Made by a program: the position numbers and the translations under genes
Part shown: piece after piece, positions 10,250 to 18,773 of the stretch
Layout: each line of letters begins with the position of its first letter
Position numbering within the stretch: the stretch's first letter is position 1
Assembly: GCA_964633225.1 (NCBI GenBank)
Contig: CAZWFQ010000001.1
Span: 27,001 to 91,000 of the forward strand
DNA length: 64,000 bases
Source: an uncultured Anaerolineaceae bacterium
Lineage (GTDB): Bacteria; Chloroflexota; Anaerolineae; Anaerolineales; UBA4823
Direction of reading: 5' to 3'
Notes under the pieces: model-generated
Told to the model about the DNA's origin: nothing
Seen by the model: the letters and a program-made list of their open reading frames with translations, nothing else
Databases searched by the model: none

Positions 10250-11320
10250 TTAGCGCAAGATCAGGGGCAGGATGGTGGTGAAGATCTGGCTGCCAATAAA
10301 GGGGCGGGGTGGATCATAGGCTGTGTTCCAGATCAAGGGAGAAATAGTCACGGTGTAGTTGGTCAGGTAAGAGGTGTAAACCTGGCCAGCCTGATCGGCC
10401 CAAACTTCGTGCGCCCAACCAGGGGCGATGGTACGTGTTTCGCTCCACGGGCCAGCCGGGCTGGCGCCAATGCGGTACACTTCGGCGCCGCCGGAATAGT
10501 GATAAAAGAGATAGTAGCTGCCGTTGGCATAAAACAACGTGGGGCTTTCAGGTATGTTGGTGAAAGGACCAAAAGGTGCGTTAACCACTGAGTTTTGGCC
10601 GTTGCCGATCATCAAACCGCTGCTGGTTGGAAGCGGTACAGGCGGGATGACAGTGCCCCAATCGCGCCAGGGGCCAGCCGGGTTGGATGCTGTAGCCAGG
10701 CCGATGATGCCGCCGGTTTCATCCGTGGCGGTATAGTAGAGGTAGAGCTGTGGCCCGATCCGGAAAACAGCCGGGTCGCGGCAGTCAGCCCACTGGCCTG
10801 GCTGCCAGTTTGTGCCAGTATGATCGGGCTGAAAGACAACCCCTTGTTCCTCCCAAGATTTGGGATCGGCGGGGTTGGTGCTGGTGGCGAGCAGGATGCT
10901 TTGGGTGTAATCGTTTGTTACACCGGTGTAATACATGTAATAGACGCCATTTTCAACGAATACGTGCGGCGCCCAAACGGCATATTCATCCCAACTGCCA
11001 GTTTTGCGCTCAGCCAGGATGGGATCCAAGGTTTCCCAGGTGCAAAGATCGCTCGAACGGCCGTATACAAATTGTGCCTCACCGGGCAGGTAGATTGAAA
11101 CCAGGTAGTAATATCCGGCATGCCAAAAGATGGTGTGATCTTTCAGCCCAAAGTCGGTTGGGAACCAACCGGGCTTTTCGCAAGGCGGGATTGTGAGATG
11201 TGTTGGTCTGAACGACCGCTGTCCCGAAAGGACAGCGGTCGTGACCGGTTCTGCAGCCTGGGCCGGGAGGACAAAAAATAATCCCAGCGCCAACAGCCCC
11301 AATACCACTCGTACACGCAT
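10250..11320 (-). CDS. secreted five-bladed beta-propeller glycoside hydrolase-like protein (GH43/32/68 clan)
   Basis: The track ORF starts at TTG 11356. The ATG at 11320 gives a signal peptide, MRVRVVLGLLALGLFFVLPAQA/AEP. Blade-like repeats are WHAGYYYLVSIY, AVWAPHVFVENGVYYMYYTGV, CRDPAVFRIGPQLYLYYTA and ESPTLFYANGSYYLFYHY. Confidence 0.6.
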   Translation of the reverse strand: MRVRVVLGLLALGLFFVLPAQAAEPVTTAVLSGQRSFRPTHLTIPPCEKPGWFPTDFGLKDHTIFWHAGYYYLVSIYLPGEAQFVYGRSSDLCTWETLDPILAERKTGSWDEYAVWAPHVFVENGVYYMYYTGVTNDYTQSILLATSTNPADPKSWEEQGVVFQPDHTGTNWQPGQWADCRDPAVFRIGPQLYLYYTATDETGGIIGLATASNPAGPWRDWGTVIPPVPLPTSSGLMIGNGQNSVVNAPFGPFTNIPESPTLFYANGSYYLFYHYSGGAEVYRIGASPAGPWSETRTIAPGWAHEVWADQAGQVYTSYLTNYTVTISPLIWNTAYDPPRPFIGSQIFTTILPLILR

Positions 11321-11371
11321 TCTGTTCTTGGCGAGTGATCGGTTGCGGAGAAACAAGGGGTCTTTGGCCAG

Positions 11372-12664
11372 TTATCCCTGGTCAACTGGCGCTGACGGTT
11401 GAGAAACTGGAGGTTCGCTTTTTGGTAGTGTGGGTGAGCGCCACCAGTCGATCAAAAAAATCACCGCCGACGAGAACAAGAAACCAGCGGCCCCGGCAAT
11501 GGCGCCGTTGATAGCCGAGCGCGGTCCAATGGGATGATTGGGGTCAGGTGGTAAGGCCAGGCCCACAATCCGGGCTGCCTGGTCGCCTCGTTCAAACGAG
11601 ATCTTCGACTCAACCACCTGGTTTGCCAGGGCAACATAAGCCTGCTGGTTTATGTTACGTTGCACGGCTAGTGTTGTGTTCTTATATTGCGCTATTTCCA
11701 ATTCAACACCTAAATCAATAATGGCGGCGGCGGCGGCATCGGCAAGGTCAGCATGGATTTGGCGTTGGGTTTGTAATGCCGTGATCAACACTTGCAGATC
11801 ATCACGCGCCTGGCTAACCGTATATCCTTCGCCCATTAGATCGGCGGTATTATCCACCGGGATGCTGATTTCAATGCCTCCCACTGAACCAACAGACCTT
11901 TGGCGCAGGGCCAGGAAGCTTAGTGCGTCTTGAAGGGGAAGTGGTTTACTGGCGCTCAAGCTTTGCAGTTGGGTGTAAAAAAGTTCGATGTCATCGATTA
12001 ATATATCTAAACCGTCGATATTTTTTAGATTGGATGCTAAGGATTCTCTTGCGTCTTGATACTGGATTTCAAGCACAGGGATTTGGCCTTCTGGCAGGTA
12101 ATCGATTAGGGCTTGTTCGGCTTCATCCCAGTCCTGGCGCGCATTGTTAGCCAGGGCTTCGAAGTTATCAATGCTCTCTTCATTCAGCCCAGAAAGCATG
12201 TTCAGACGCTGTGTGAACAACCTGGCCCAGGTGTTGACTAGAGCCGCGGCGCGTTCTGGGTTCCCGTCGACCACAGACAGGCGTATTTGCTGCGTGCCGA
12301 TTATCGTGGCATCCATGCTGTCTTTGAGCGAAACCAGTGTCTTCTCAGGATCTAGTAACGGCGCAACGGCAGGGTCCTGATACACTTCCAATAGCAGGTC
12401 ATCTACGAAGGCCATATCTGGGGATTTTATCTCTGTTATGATGTTGGTCTCGACTGTTGAATCCAGGTTGGTGCTAAAAATAGGCTTGGCCATGAATACC
12501 ATTGCCGTGGCCTCATACTGCTTGGGCAAGAAAAGCTTGCTGTATGCATAAACTGAAACGGCTAACAGCAAGCTGATGCCAATGATCCACCATTTACCTT
12601 TCCACAATGTCAGGATAATTGCTCGCAGGTCAATTTCGTCATCTTCAAGGTGCATTGTGTTCAT
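11372..12664 (-). CDS. Wzz-like polysaccharide co-polymerase (chain-length determinant), no kinase domain
   Basis: The track ORF runs to 12790 across the upstream gene. The ATG at 12664 gives MNTMHLEDDEIDLRAIILTLWKGKWWIIGISLLLAVSVYAY (N-terminal TM), a long helical middle region and a C-terminal TM (AIAGAAGFLFSSAVIFLIDWW). This is PCP topology. Confidence 0.7.
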   Translation of the reverse strand: MNTMHLEDDEIDLRAIILTLWKGKWWIIGISLLLAVSVYAYSKLFLPKQYEATAMVFMAKPIFSTNLDSTVETNIITEIKSPDMAFVDDLLLEVYQDPAVAPLLDPEKTLVSLKDSMDATIIGTQQIRLSVVDGNPERAAALVNTWARLFTQRLNMLSGLNEESIDNFEALANNARQDWDEAEQALIDYLPEGQIPVLEIQYQDARESLASNLKNIDGLDILIDDIELFYTQLQSLSASKPLPLQDALSFLALRQRSVGSVGGIEISIPVDNTADLMGEGYTVSQARDDLQVLITALQTQRQIHADLADAAAAAIIDLGVELEIAQYKNTTLAVQRNINQQAYVALANQVVESKISFERGDQAARIVGLALPPDPNHPIGPRSAINGAIAGAAGFLFSSAVIFLIDWWRSPTLPKSEPPVSQPSAPVDQG

Positions 12665-12675
12665 AAACAGTCCTT

Positions 12676-13485
12676 TTATTGAAGTGTAGTTGATTTTCTT
12701 AGCCAGAGGCGCAGGCGCAAGGGCAGCCAGGCATAGGCCAGGCGGCGCAAATACCAGCGCAAAGCCAGGGGAGATACGCGCCAGAGCCACTCTGGACGAG
12801 GTTGTACCACGCGCCGGTAGACGCGCAGCATTTCAGGGTAACAACGATCATCAATGGTTGTGCTTTTGCCTTGCTTGTGCAGGCGAAAATTTGCCCACAG
12901 GCGCGGGTGGTAAACCAAAGGTCCTAACTGGGCCAGCCGCACCCACAGATCATAATCCATGGCAAAGTGAAAGCTCGGGTCCAGCGGCCTGATCTGCTGC
13001 CAGTGGCGCACCCAAAAGAAGGTCGTCTGCTGTGGAATGTGGACTGCCCCGCGCAGCATGCCTTGCAGGTCAGTCTGGCGCGCCGGGAAACGCTCTAAAA
13101 CTGCCCCGTGCTCGTCGATCAGGTTTGCGTCGGCATACACCATGACGGTTTCGGGGTGGCTGGTCAGAAAGGCCACTGCTTCGGCGACGGCGCCGGGCAG
13201 GTACGTGTCATCTGAATTGATCCATGCCAGGATCTCGCCGTGGGCATGAGCGAAGCCTTTGTTGATCGCATCTGCCTGGCCTTGATCGGGTTCAGATACC
13301 CACCAGGCGATCTTGCCAGCCTCGGCGTAACGCCGGATGATCTCGCTGCTGCCATCTGTAGAGCCGCCATCCACCACCAGGTACTCAATGTGAGAATAAT
13401 CCTGCTCAACCACAGAGCGGATGGTTTCTTCCAGGTAGGCAGCCTGGTTGTAGGATGGGGTGACGATGGAGACGAGAGGATTCAA
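12676..13485 (-). CDS. family 2 glycosyltransferase (tandem paralogue A)
   Basis: 269 aa. The start is TTG, with no nearby [33 protein letters not shown] and WINSDD form the GT-A signature. Confidence 0.8.
   Translation of the reverse strand: MNPLVSIVTPSYNQAAYLEETIRSVVEQDYSHIEYLVVDGGSTDGSSEIIRRYAEAGKIAWWVSEPDQGQADAINKGFAHAHGEILAWINSDDTYLPGAVAEAVAFLTSHPETVMVYADANLIDEHGAVLERFPARQTDLQGMLRGAVHIPQQTTFFWVRHWQQIRPLDPSFHFAMDYDLWVRLAQLGPLVYHPRLWANFRLHKQGKSTTIDDRCYPEMLRVYRRVVQPRPEWLWRVSPLALRWYLRRLAYAWLPLRLRLWLRKSTTLQ
13301..13390 (-). repeat. conserved DNA block shared with 14321..14410 (tandem GT2 duplication, offset exactly 1020 nt)
   Basis: By hand alignment I counted 10 mismatches in these 90 nt. 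There are identical runs of 20 nt (caccaggcgatcttgccagc) and 20 nt (gagccgccatccaccaccag). Flanking regions are much more diverged. Confidence 0.8.
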
Positions 13486-13503
13486 GAGAGTAGGTCAAGA
13501 TCG

Positions 13504-14505
13504 CTAAACCCAACGCAGGCCGTTGTCTTCAACGATGAGTTGTTGGGTGTGATGTTGTAGGCGGCGGCGCCAGGTGCGGTAGGTCAAGAAGAACCTTCCC
13601 AGTCCCACAGAGCCGCCAAGAGCCTGGACGGATTTATACCACAGACGCGCAGATTTAGGGAAGTCTAGCTGCCAGGCCTGGCGGAAGTGCCCCAGGGCCT
13701 GGCGGTAACCACTGCTGGAGCCTGGGTCGGCGGCATCAATCAGCCGCCGGCCCGCAAAAAGGTGCAGGCCAGCCCGGATGGCCCTGTTCTGCGTTCGCAG
13801 GGTGGGTTGGAATAATGGTACGGCCTCGATAGATTTTACAAAGCGAAAGGCTTCATCCACAAAGCGGGCTGCCTGGGCAATGGTCTTGGCATCTTGGTGG
13901 GTGCGTTCGACTGCCCAGAATTGGGGTACATGGAGAATCGGGAAGCGCGCGGCGATTTCGACCCATAAGATATGGTCAAGAATCAGGTGATAATCGGTGC
14001 GTAAAAACCCGGCTTGCTCCAAGGCCTGGCGACGCATGACCACGGCCGGCTGCAAGAGGACATTGAAAGACAGCAGGTCGGGCAGATTGTACTGGGGATA
14101 ATGGTGCCAATCCAGCAGGCGCAGATCTGCATCCACCATCACCCCATCCCCATACACCATGCCGGCTTCAGGGTGGGCTTGCAAGGCCCTCACGGCCTGG
14201 CTGAGGATGTCTTTTTGATAGTACAGATCATCAGAATTCAGCCAGGCTACGAACTCTCCCTGGGCACGGGCAAAGCCCTTGTTGATGGCATCAGCCTGGC
14301 CCTGGTCTGGTTCTGAGATCCACCAGGCGATCTTGCCAGCTTCGGCATAGCGCCGGATGATTTCGACGCTGCCGTCGGTAGAGCCGCCATCCACCACCAG
14401 GTATTCGATGTTAGGGTAATCTTGCCACAACACCGAGCGGATGGTCTGCTCGAGAAAGCGGGCGTGGTTGTAGCAGGGGGTGATGATTGTGAGCAGTGGA
14501 TGCAT
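13504..14505 (-). CDS. family 2 glycosyltransferase (tandem paralogue B)
   Basis: 333 aa. [30 protein letters not shown] and WLNSDD. The N-terminal ~100 aa are nearly colinear with 12676..13485. Confidence 0.8.
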   Translation of the reverse strand: MHPLLTIITPCYNHARFLEQTIRSVLWQDYPNIEYLVVDGGSTDGSVEIIRRYAEAGKIAWWISEPDQGQADAINKGFARAQGEFVAWLNSDDLYYQKDILSQAVRALQAHPEAGMVYGDGVMVDADLRLLDWHHYPQYNLPDLLSFNVLLQPAVVMRRQALEQAGFLRTDYHLILDHILWVEIAARFPILHVPQFWAVERTHQDAKTIAQAARFVDEAFRFVKSIEAVPLFQPTLRTQNRAIRAGLHLFAGRRLIDAADPGSSSGYRQALGHFRQAWQLDFPKSARLWYKSVQALGGSVGLGRFFLTYRTWRRRLQHHTQQLIVEDNGLRWV

Positions 14506-14512
14506 GCGAAAA

Positions 14513-15331
14513 TTACTTGTTGCAGAATAGTGTATTGTAATCCACCTTGGGGAAGATCGTCAGCTTACCTCCCACGGTGGCGTCTAGCACGCGCCGTCCA
14601 TCTGCCGCATAGGCCTGGCGGGCCAAGGTGTAGGCCCGTTCAGAGCCTTCCAGGTCGGGGAGCTGCCATTTGAAACCGGCCCCAAAGTAGTTGGGGGTAA
14701 AGTGGTTGGGATCATCGCCTTGCGAGACGATGGCCTGGTTGGCCTGGCCTTTGGTTTGAAAGTTGTGATCCACACCCACCAGGATGGCCTCTTGGAAGCC
14801 CATGTAAAATGCCAACTGTAGGGCCACGTAGGTGACGGTAAGGCCCTCAAACATGCGCCCGGTGGCATCGAGGGCGAAGTTCTCGACACCTGTGAAGTCG
14901 GTGTCGAGGTAATTCAAGCTTGGGTCTTCACGGAACCAGGTGCGGGCGCGCCAGGTGATGAAGCGCGGTAAGCTCAGCCCTTGCATCTCCGCCGCGCATT
15001 GCTCAAGCACCAGGTCGTTGACCGAGACCAGGTAAGTGGTGGTGAACCCCAGCTCGGGGAAAAGCAGGTAGATGCGGTTGAGCCCAAAAGTGAATTCATT
15101 GCGCAGCTTGCCCAGGTCGGTTTGGCGCAGGCTGGGGCCGTTGCCGATGATGAAGCAGCGTTTGCCGGCATGTGCGTTGTGGTAGGTTTGCATGCGAGCC
15201 TGGCTGCGCCGCCAACGCGGATCGATGGTCTGCGCCCAAACGTGGCGCCGGCGGTTGCGCCAATCCCAATATGCGTTGGATGTGGCATTCCATAAAGGCG
15301 CAGGAACGATCTTCTTAAGGGTGCTTTTCAT
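14513..15331 (-). CDS. DUF115 / MptE-like (Maf-like) protein, candidate nonulosonic-acid transferase
   Basis: 272 aa. [17 protein letters not shown] and LVGVDHNF resemble the DUF115 family, which includes Campylobacter motility accessory factors. ATGA overlap with the upstream SDR gene. Confidence 0.55.
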   Translation of the reverse strand: MKSTLKKIVPAPLWNATSNAYWDWRNRRRHVWAQTIDPRWRRSQARMQTYHNAHAGKRCFIIGNGPSLRQTDLGKLRNEFTFGLNRIYLLFPELGFTTTYLVSVNDLVLEQCAAEMQGLSLPRFITWRARTWFREDPSLNYLDTDFTGVENFALDATGRMFEGLTVTYVALQLAFYMGFQEAILVGVDHNFQTKGQANQAIVSQGDDPNHFTPNYFGAGFKWQLPDLEGSERAYTLARQAYAADGRRVLDATVGGKLTIFPKVDYNTLFCNK

Positions 15332-16101
15332 TCGGTGCTCAAGCGGGCGGTAGCGCCACCATCCACGATCACAGCCTGGCCGGTCATAAAGGAAGACTGC
15401 ACATTATCGGCCAGGAAGTAGATGGCATGGGCGATCTCAGAGGGCAAGCCCACGCGCCCATTGACCGTTTTGCGGGCCAGGTTATCCAGGCGCGCTTGCA
15501 CATCGCCGCCTTGCACATGCCCGCGGCCCAGGCCAGCGCGCAGCATGGGCGTATCCACGGCGCCGGGAAGGATGGCATTGACGCGGATGTTGTTGGGTGC
15601 CAGTTCAATTGCCATGGCGCGCGTCAATGCCAGCAGGCCGCCCTTGCTGGCTGCGTAGGCAGCAATGTTGGCAGAGGTGGCAACCGCATGCACCGATGAA
15701 ACATTGACGATGGCCCCTCCGGCAGCGGCCTGGAACAGGGGATAAGCCAGCTTGACACTCAAGAAGACAGAGCGCAAGTTAGATGCCATGACTGCATCCC
15801 ATTCTTCGATGCTGGTTTCAAGCAGCGGCTTGGCGATCTGCAAAGCTGCATTGTTGATCAGTGCGTTCAGATAGCCCGTGAAGGCCTGGGCCTGGCGAAA
15901 GATTGATTCTAGATTCTCGCCAATCGAGATGTCTGATTCGATGAACAAACCATTGGATGGAAACGGTTCGCCGAAACTTGAGCGGTCAACCCCAATGACG
16001 CGCCAGCCGGATTCAGCGAACAACTTGACGGTGGCGCGGCCAATGCCGCCGGCAGCGCCGGTAATGAGTACGGTTTTGGGAAGTGTTTGTGAGGGGAACA
16101 T
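15328..16101 (-). CDS. short-chain dehydrogenase/reductase (FabG/PtmA-like)
   Basis: 257 aa. TGAAGGIGRAT (TGxxxGxG), NNAA and YAASKGGLLALTR (YxxxK). Confidence 0.8.
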   Translation of the reverse strand: MFPSQTLPKTVLITGAAGGIGRATVKLFAESGWRVIGVDRSSFGEPFPSNGLFIESDISIGENLESIFRQAQAFTGYLNALINNAALQIAKPLLETSIEEWDAVMASNLRSVFLSVKLAYPLFQAAAGGAIVNVSSVHAVATSANIAAYAASKGGLLALTRAMAIELAPNNIRVNAILPGAVDTPMLRAGLGRGHVQGGDVQARLDNLARKTVNGRVGLPSEIAHAIYFLADNVQSSFMTGQAVIVDGGATARLSTE

Positions 16102-16104
16102 AAG

Positions 16105-16143
16105 ATAGTAAATAGTGGATAGTGAATGGTGAATGGTGGGTCG
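16105..16143 (-). repeat. tandem heptamer element, copy b (5' leader of SDR 15328..16101)
   Basis: The minus strand reads CGACCCA CCATTCA CCATTCA CTATCCA CTATTTA CTAT and ends 4 nt before the ATG. Confidence 0.65.
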
Positions 16144-16161
16144 CCTCTAAGTGATCAGTGG

Positions 16162-17106
16162 TTATCTTTGAGAGAGGCCTAACCCATCGAGCAGGTTCTT
16201 GATGGTATTGGCGTGAACGCGTTCCCAGGCCGCCGGGCTGGAATTGGCGTTGTGGGGGGCCAGCATCACGTTATCCATGCAGCACAGCGGGCTGGTAGCG
16301 GGTAGAGGCTCGTGCTCGTACACATCCAGGGCCGCACCGGCAATCTGTCCGGCTTGCAGGGCCGCAACCAGGGCAGGCTCTTCGATGATAGGCCCGCGTG
16401 CGGTGTTGATCAGCACTGCAGTCGGCTGCATCATTGCCAGGGTGCGGGCATTCAGCAAGTGGTAGCTGGTGGGGTTCAGGTCGCAGTTTATTGAGACAAA
16501 ATCTGACGCGGCTAACAGTGAATCGAGGGTGGTCATCTCGACATCATTTTCTTTGATGAAAACGTGATCGACCTCGGCAATGTCGGTACCCAAAACGCGC
16601 ATGCCAAAGGCTCTTGCCCTGCGGATGGCCGCTTTGCCAATGGTGCCCACCCCCACCACGCCCAACCAGCACTCGCTTAGCGAGCGACCAGGGATCTTCT
16701 CCCAGACGCCTGTTTTGACGGCCTGATCCATCCAGGGCAGGCGGCGGGCAAATGCCAGCACGTATCCTAGGACTGAATCAGCTACTGGCAGGGTGAATGC
16801 ATTGGGCGTGTTACCCACTTTGATGCCCAGGCGAGCCGCAGCAGCCCGGTCAATTGAGTCAACGCCTGTGCCCCACTTGGAGATGATCTTGAGCCGAGGT
16901 GTGCAGGCCTCCAGCACGCGGGCCGTATAGTGATCGTCGCCGCAGATCGTGCCATCGAACTGCCCGGCGTAAGCCAGGATTTCCTCTTCTCCCAGGCGCT
17001 CATGCACATCAGGGACGATCAGCTCCAACCCATAGCTTTCGAGCACAGGGCGGAAGCGGTCGAGGAAGGGGATCATGTAAGGTGCAGAAAAAAGTATTGT
17101 GGTCAT
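16162..17106 (-). CDS. D-isomer-specific 2-hydroxyacid dehydrogenase family protein
   Basis: 314 aa. GVVGVGTIGKAAIRRARAFGMRV (NAD fold) and NTARGPIIEEPALVAALQAGQIAGAALDVYEHEP. Confidence 0.8.
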   Translation of the reverse strand: MTTILFSAPYMIPFLDRFRPVLESYGLELIVPDVHERLGEEEILAYAGQFDGTICGDDHYTARVLEACTPRLKIISKWGTGVDSIDRAAAARLGIKVGNTPNAFTLPVADSVLGYVLAFARRLPWMDQAVKTGVWEKIPGRSLSECWLGVVGVGTIGKAAIRRARAFGMRVLGTDIAEVDHVFIKENDVEMTTLDSLLAASDFVSINCDLNPTSYHLLNARTLAMMQPTAVLINTARGPIIEEPALVAALQAGQIAGAALDVYEHEPLPATSPLCCMDNVMLAPHNANSSPAAWERVHANTIKNLLDGLGLSQR

Positions 17107-17118
17107 CGTTTATCCATT

Positions 17119-17778
17119 CTAGCGGTTACGCAGCAAGAAATCGGTAATCGCAAAGTCGAGTTCTTCGTCGATATCCCAGGCTTCGGCCGGATCAATCTCG
17201 AACATCAGCGGGCGTTCGCCAAGCCGGTTGCGGCGGTCAAGCAGAATATGGCGCGAGAAGATGTAGAGACAAGAGTTCTCTTCGTAAACAGGGGGCAGAT
17301 CTTGGGTTTGTAGGAGGATGGCAGGGTTATGGTTGATGGCCCGGCCCAATTGATCCCACAGCCGGGTTTGCAGGCGGGTGACCGAAAAGAGTGAGTCGTA
17401 AGCGGGGTAAGATGCTTGCAGGGCCTGGATGGCGTTTGAGATGCTGCTCGGACGCAGCAGAGGGTTGGTGGAATGGGTTTGCAAGTATAGGTCTGCTTCC
17501 ACCTGGGCTGTGTCGTAAGCCAGGATCTCATTCATAGGGATGGTGTCGGAGCGCAGGTGCTCGGGCCGGTCGATCACATGCACGGTGGGAAAGTGCTGGC
17601 GCAGGCCGTCCATCACCGGCTGGCTGTCGGTATCGACCACGATATCGCTGATCTCAGGACAGGCCAGCAAGGTTTCTATGATATGGTGAAAGAGCGGTTT
17701 GCCAGCCAGCAGGCGGTAATTCTTGCCTGGAACACGCTGGCTATGGTGACGCATGGGTACAAGAGCGGTTATTTTCAT
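17119..17778 (-). CDS. CMP-sugar (acylneuraminate-type) cytidylyltransferase, copy 1
   Basis: The track ORF extends to 17922. The ATG at 17778 forms an ATGA overlap with the upstream stop and gives MKITALVPMRHHSQRVPGKNYRLLAGKPLFHHIIETL, a CTP_transf_3-type N-terminus. Confidence 0.7.
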   Translation of the reverse strand: MKITALVPMRHHSQRVPGKNYRLLAGKPLFHHIIETLLACPEISDIVVDTDSQPVMDGLRQHFPTVHVIDRPEHLRSDTIPMNEILAYDTAQVEADLYLQTHSTNPLLRPSSISNAIQALQASYPAYDSLFSVTRLQTRLWDQLGRAINHNPAILLQTQDLPPVYEENSCLYIFSRHILLDRRNRLGERPLMFEIDPAEAWDIDEELDFAITDFLLRNR

Positions 17779-18773
17779 AGCGGGCCTTGTGGATACTGGA
17801 TGGGGGGGATCTGGCGGGTGGAATTTTCGGGGGAGAAAGTCACCCCAGGCGGGTAATAGAAAGTCTGGCGGAGCTGCCAGGTGAGAGGCCCAGCGTGGCG
17901 GTAGCCTTGATAGGTACCCCAAAACTGCATCCAGCGGAACCAGAGGATGCTGGTCATAACGCCCTTATGGGTCAACTGCCCCTGGCGAGCGGCATGCCAC
18001 AAGTCGTTGGTGGCGTTGGATGTGAAGAGACGAACAAAATCCCACCAGCGAAAATGTTCCTGTGGAAAAAGGTGCTTGAAGGCCATTGCCTCACGGCGGT
18101 AGCGGTTGAACACGCCGCGCGGGGTTTCGTGGTGCACGTGCGCCACCTCGGCCTCGGCAATATAAGAGATGGCATAACCCTGCGCCATGATGCGATGCGC
18201 CCAGGCCAGGTCTTCCAGGCCAGGCAGGGTCTCATCATACGGGTATTGCTGCCAAAGGCTGCAGCGGATGGCGGCGTTGGCGTTATTGCAGAACGGGTAA
18301 GGCTGGCGCGGCTGAGAGCGGTCTGCATACCAGGCGGCAAATATTTGATGTTCCGAAAATTTGGTACTGGCGTTACCACGCTGTTTGCCGTAAGAGAGCG
18401 CAATTTGAGGGTCCTCGAAGGGGGCTAAGAGACGCTCCAGCCAATCTGGATAAATGGGGTAAACATGGGCACTGGCAATGACCACCAGTTCGTTCGAAGC
18501 CTGGGCGATGCCCTGGTTCAGCGAATAGCCAAAGGTAAACGATTCGGGGCGGATACGGACTACCTTGACCGGGTAGCGCTCAGCCACTGCCACGGTCGCG
18601 TCGGTTGAGCCAGAGTCAACCAGGATGATCTCTACATTTTTGACCGTTTGCTTTTGGATGCCCTCCAGCAAACGGCCAATGTGCTGTTCTTCGTTGAAAG
18701 CGCGAATCACAATTGAACAGGCATTAGAAGCCCCGTTTTGTGGGCTTGGTGAGCTCGCTACTTCTCTTACCAA
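17775..18773 (-). CDS. family 2 glycosyltransferase
   Basis: 332 aa. TTG start, with no ATG alternative upstream of the catalytic core. CSIVIRAFNEEQHIGRLLEGI and ILVDSGSTDAT are present. Confidence 0.75.
   Translation of the reverse strand: MVREVASSPSPQNGASNACSIVIRAFNEEQHIGRLLEGIQKQTVKNVEIILVDSGSTDATVAVAERYPVKVVRIRPESFTFGYSLNQGIAQASNELVVIASAHVYPIYPDWLERLLAPFEDPQIALSYGKQRGNASTKFSEHQIFAAWYADRSQPRQPYPFCNNANAAIRCSLWQQYPYDETLPGLEDLAWAHRIMAQGYAISYIAEAEVAHVHHETPRGVFNRYRREAMAFKHLFPQEHFRWWDFVRLFTSNATNDLWHAARQGQLTHKGVMTSILWFRWMQFWGTYQGYRHAGPLTWQLRQTFYYPPGVTFSPENSTRQIPPIQYPQGPL

Noticed and set aside
16105-16143. Heptamer repeat arrays as a CRISPR array or other phage-defence repeat
   Set aside because: The units are 7 nt and directly tandem with no spacers. 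The arrays are only 18-40 nt long and no cas genes are present.
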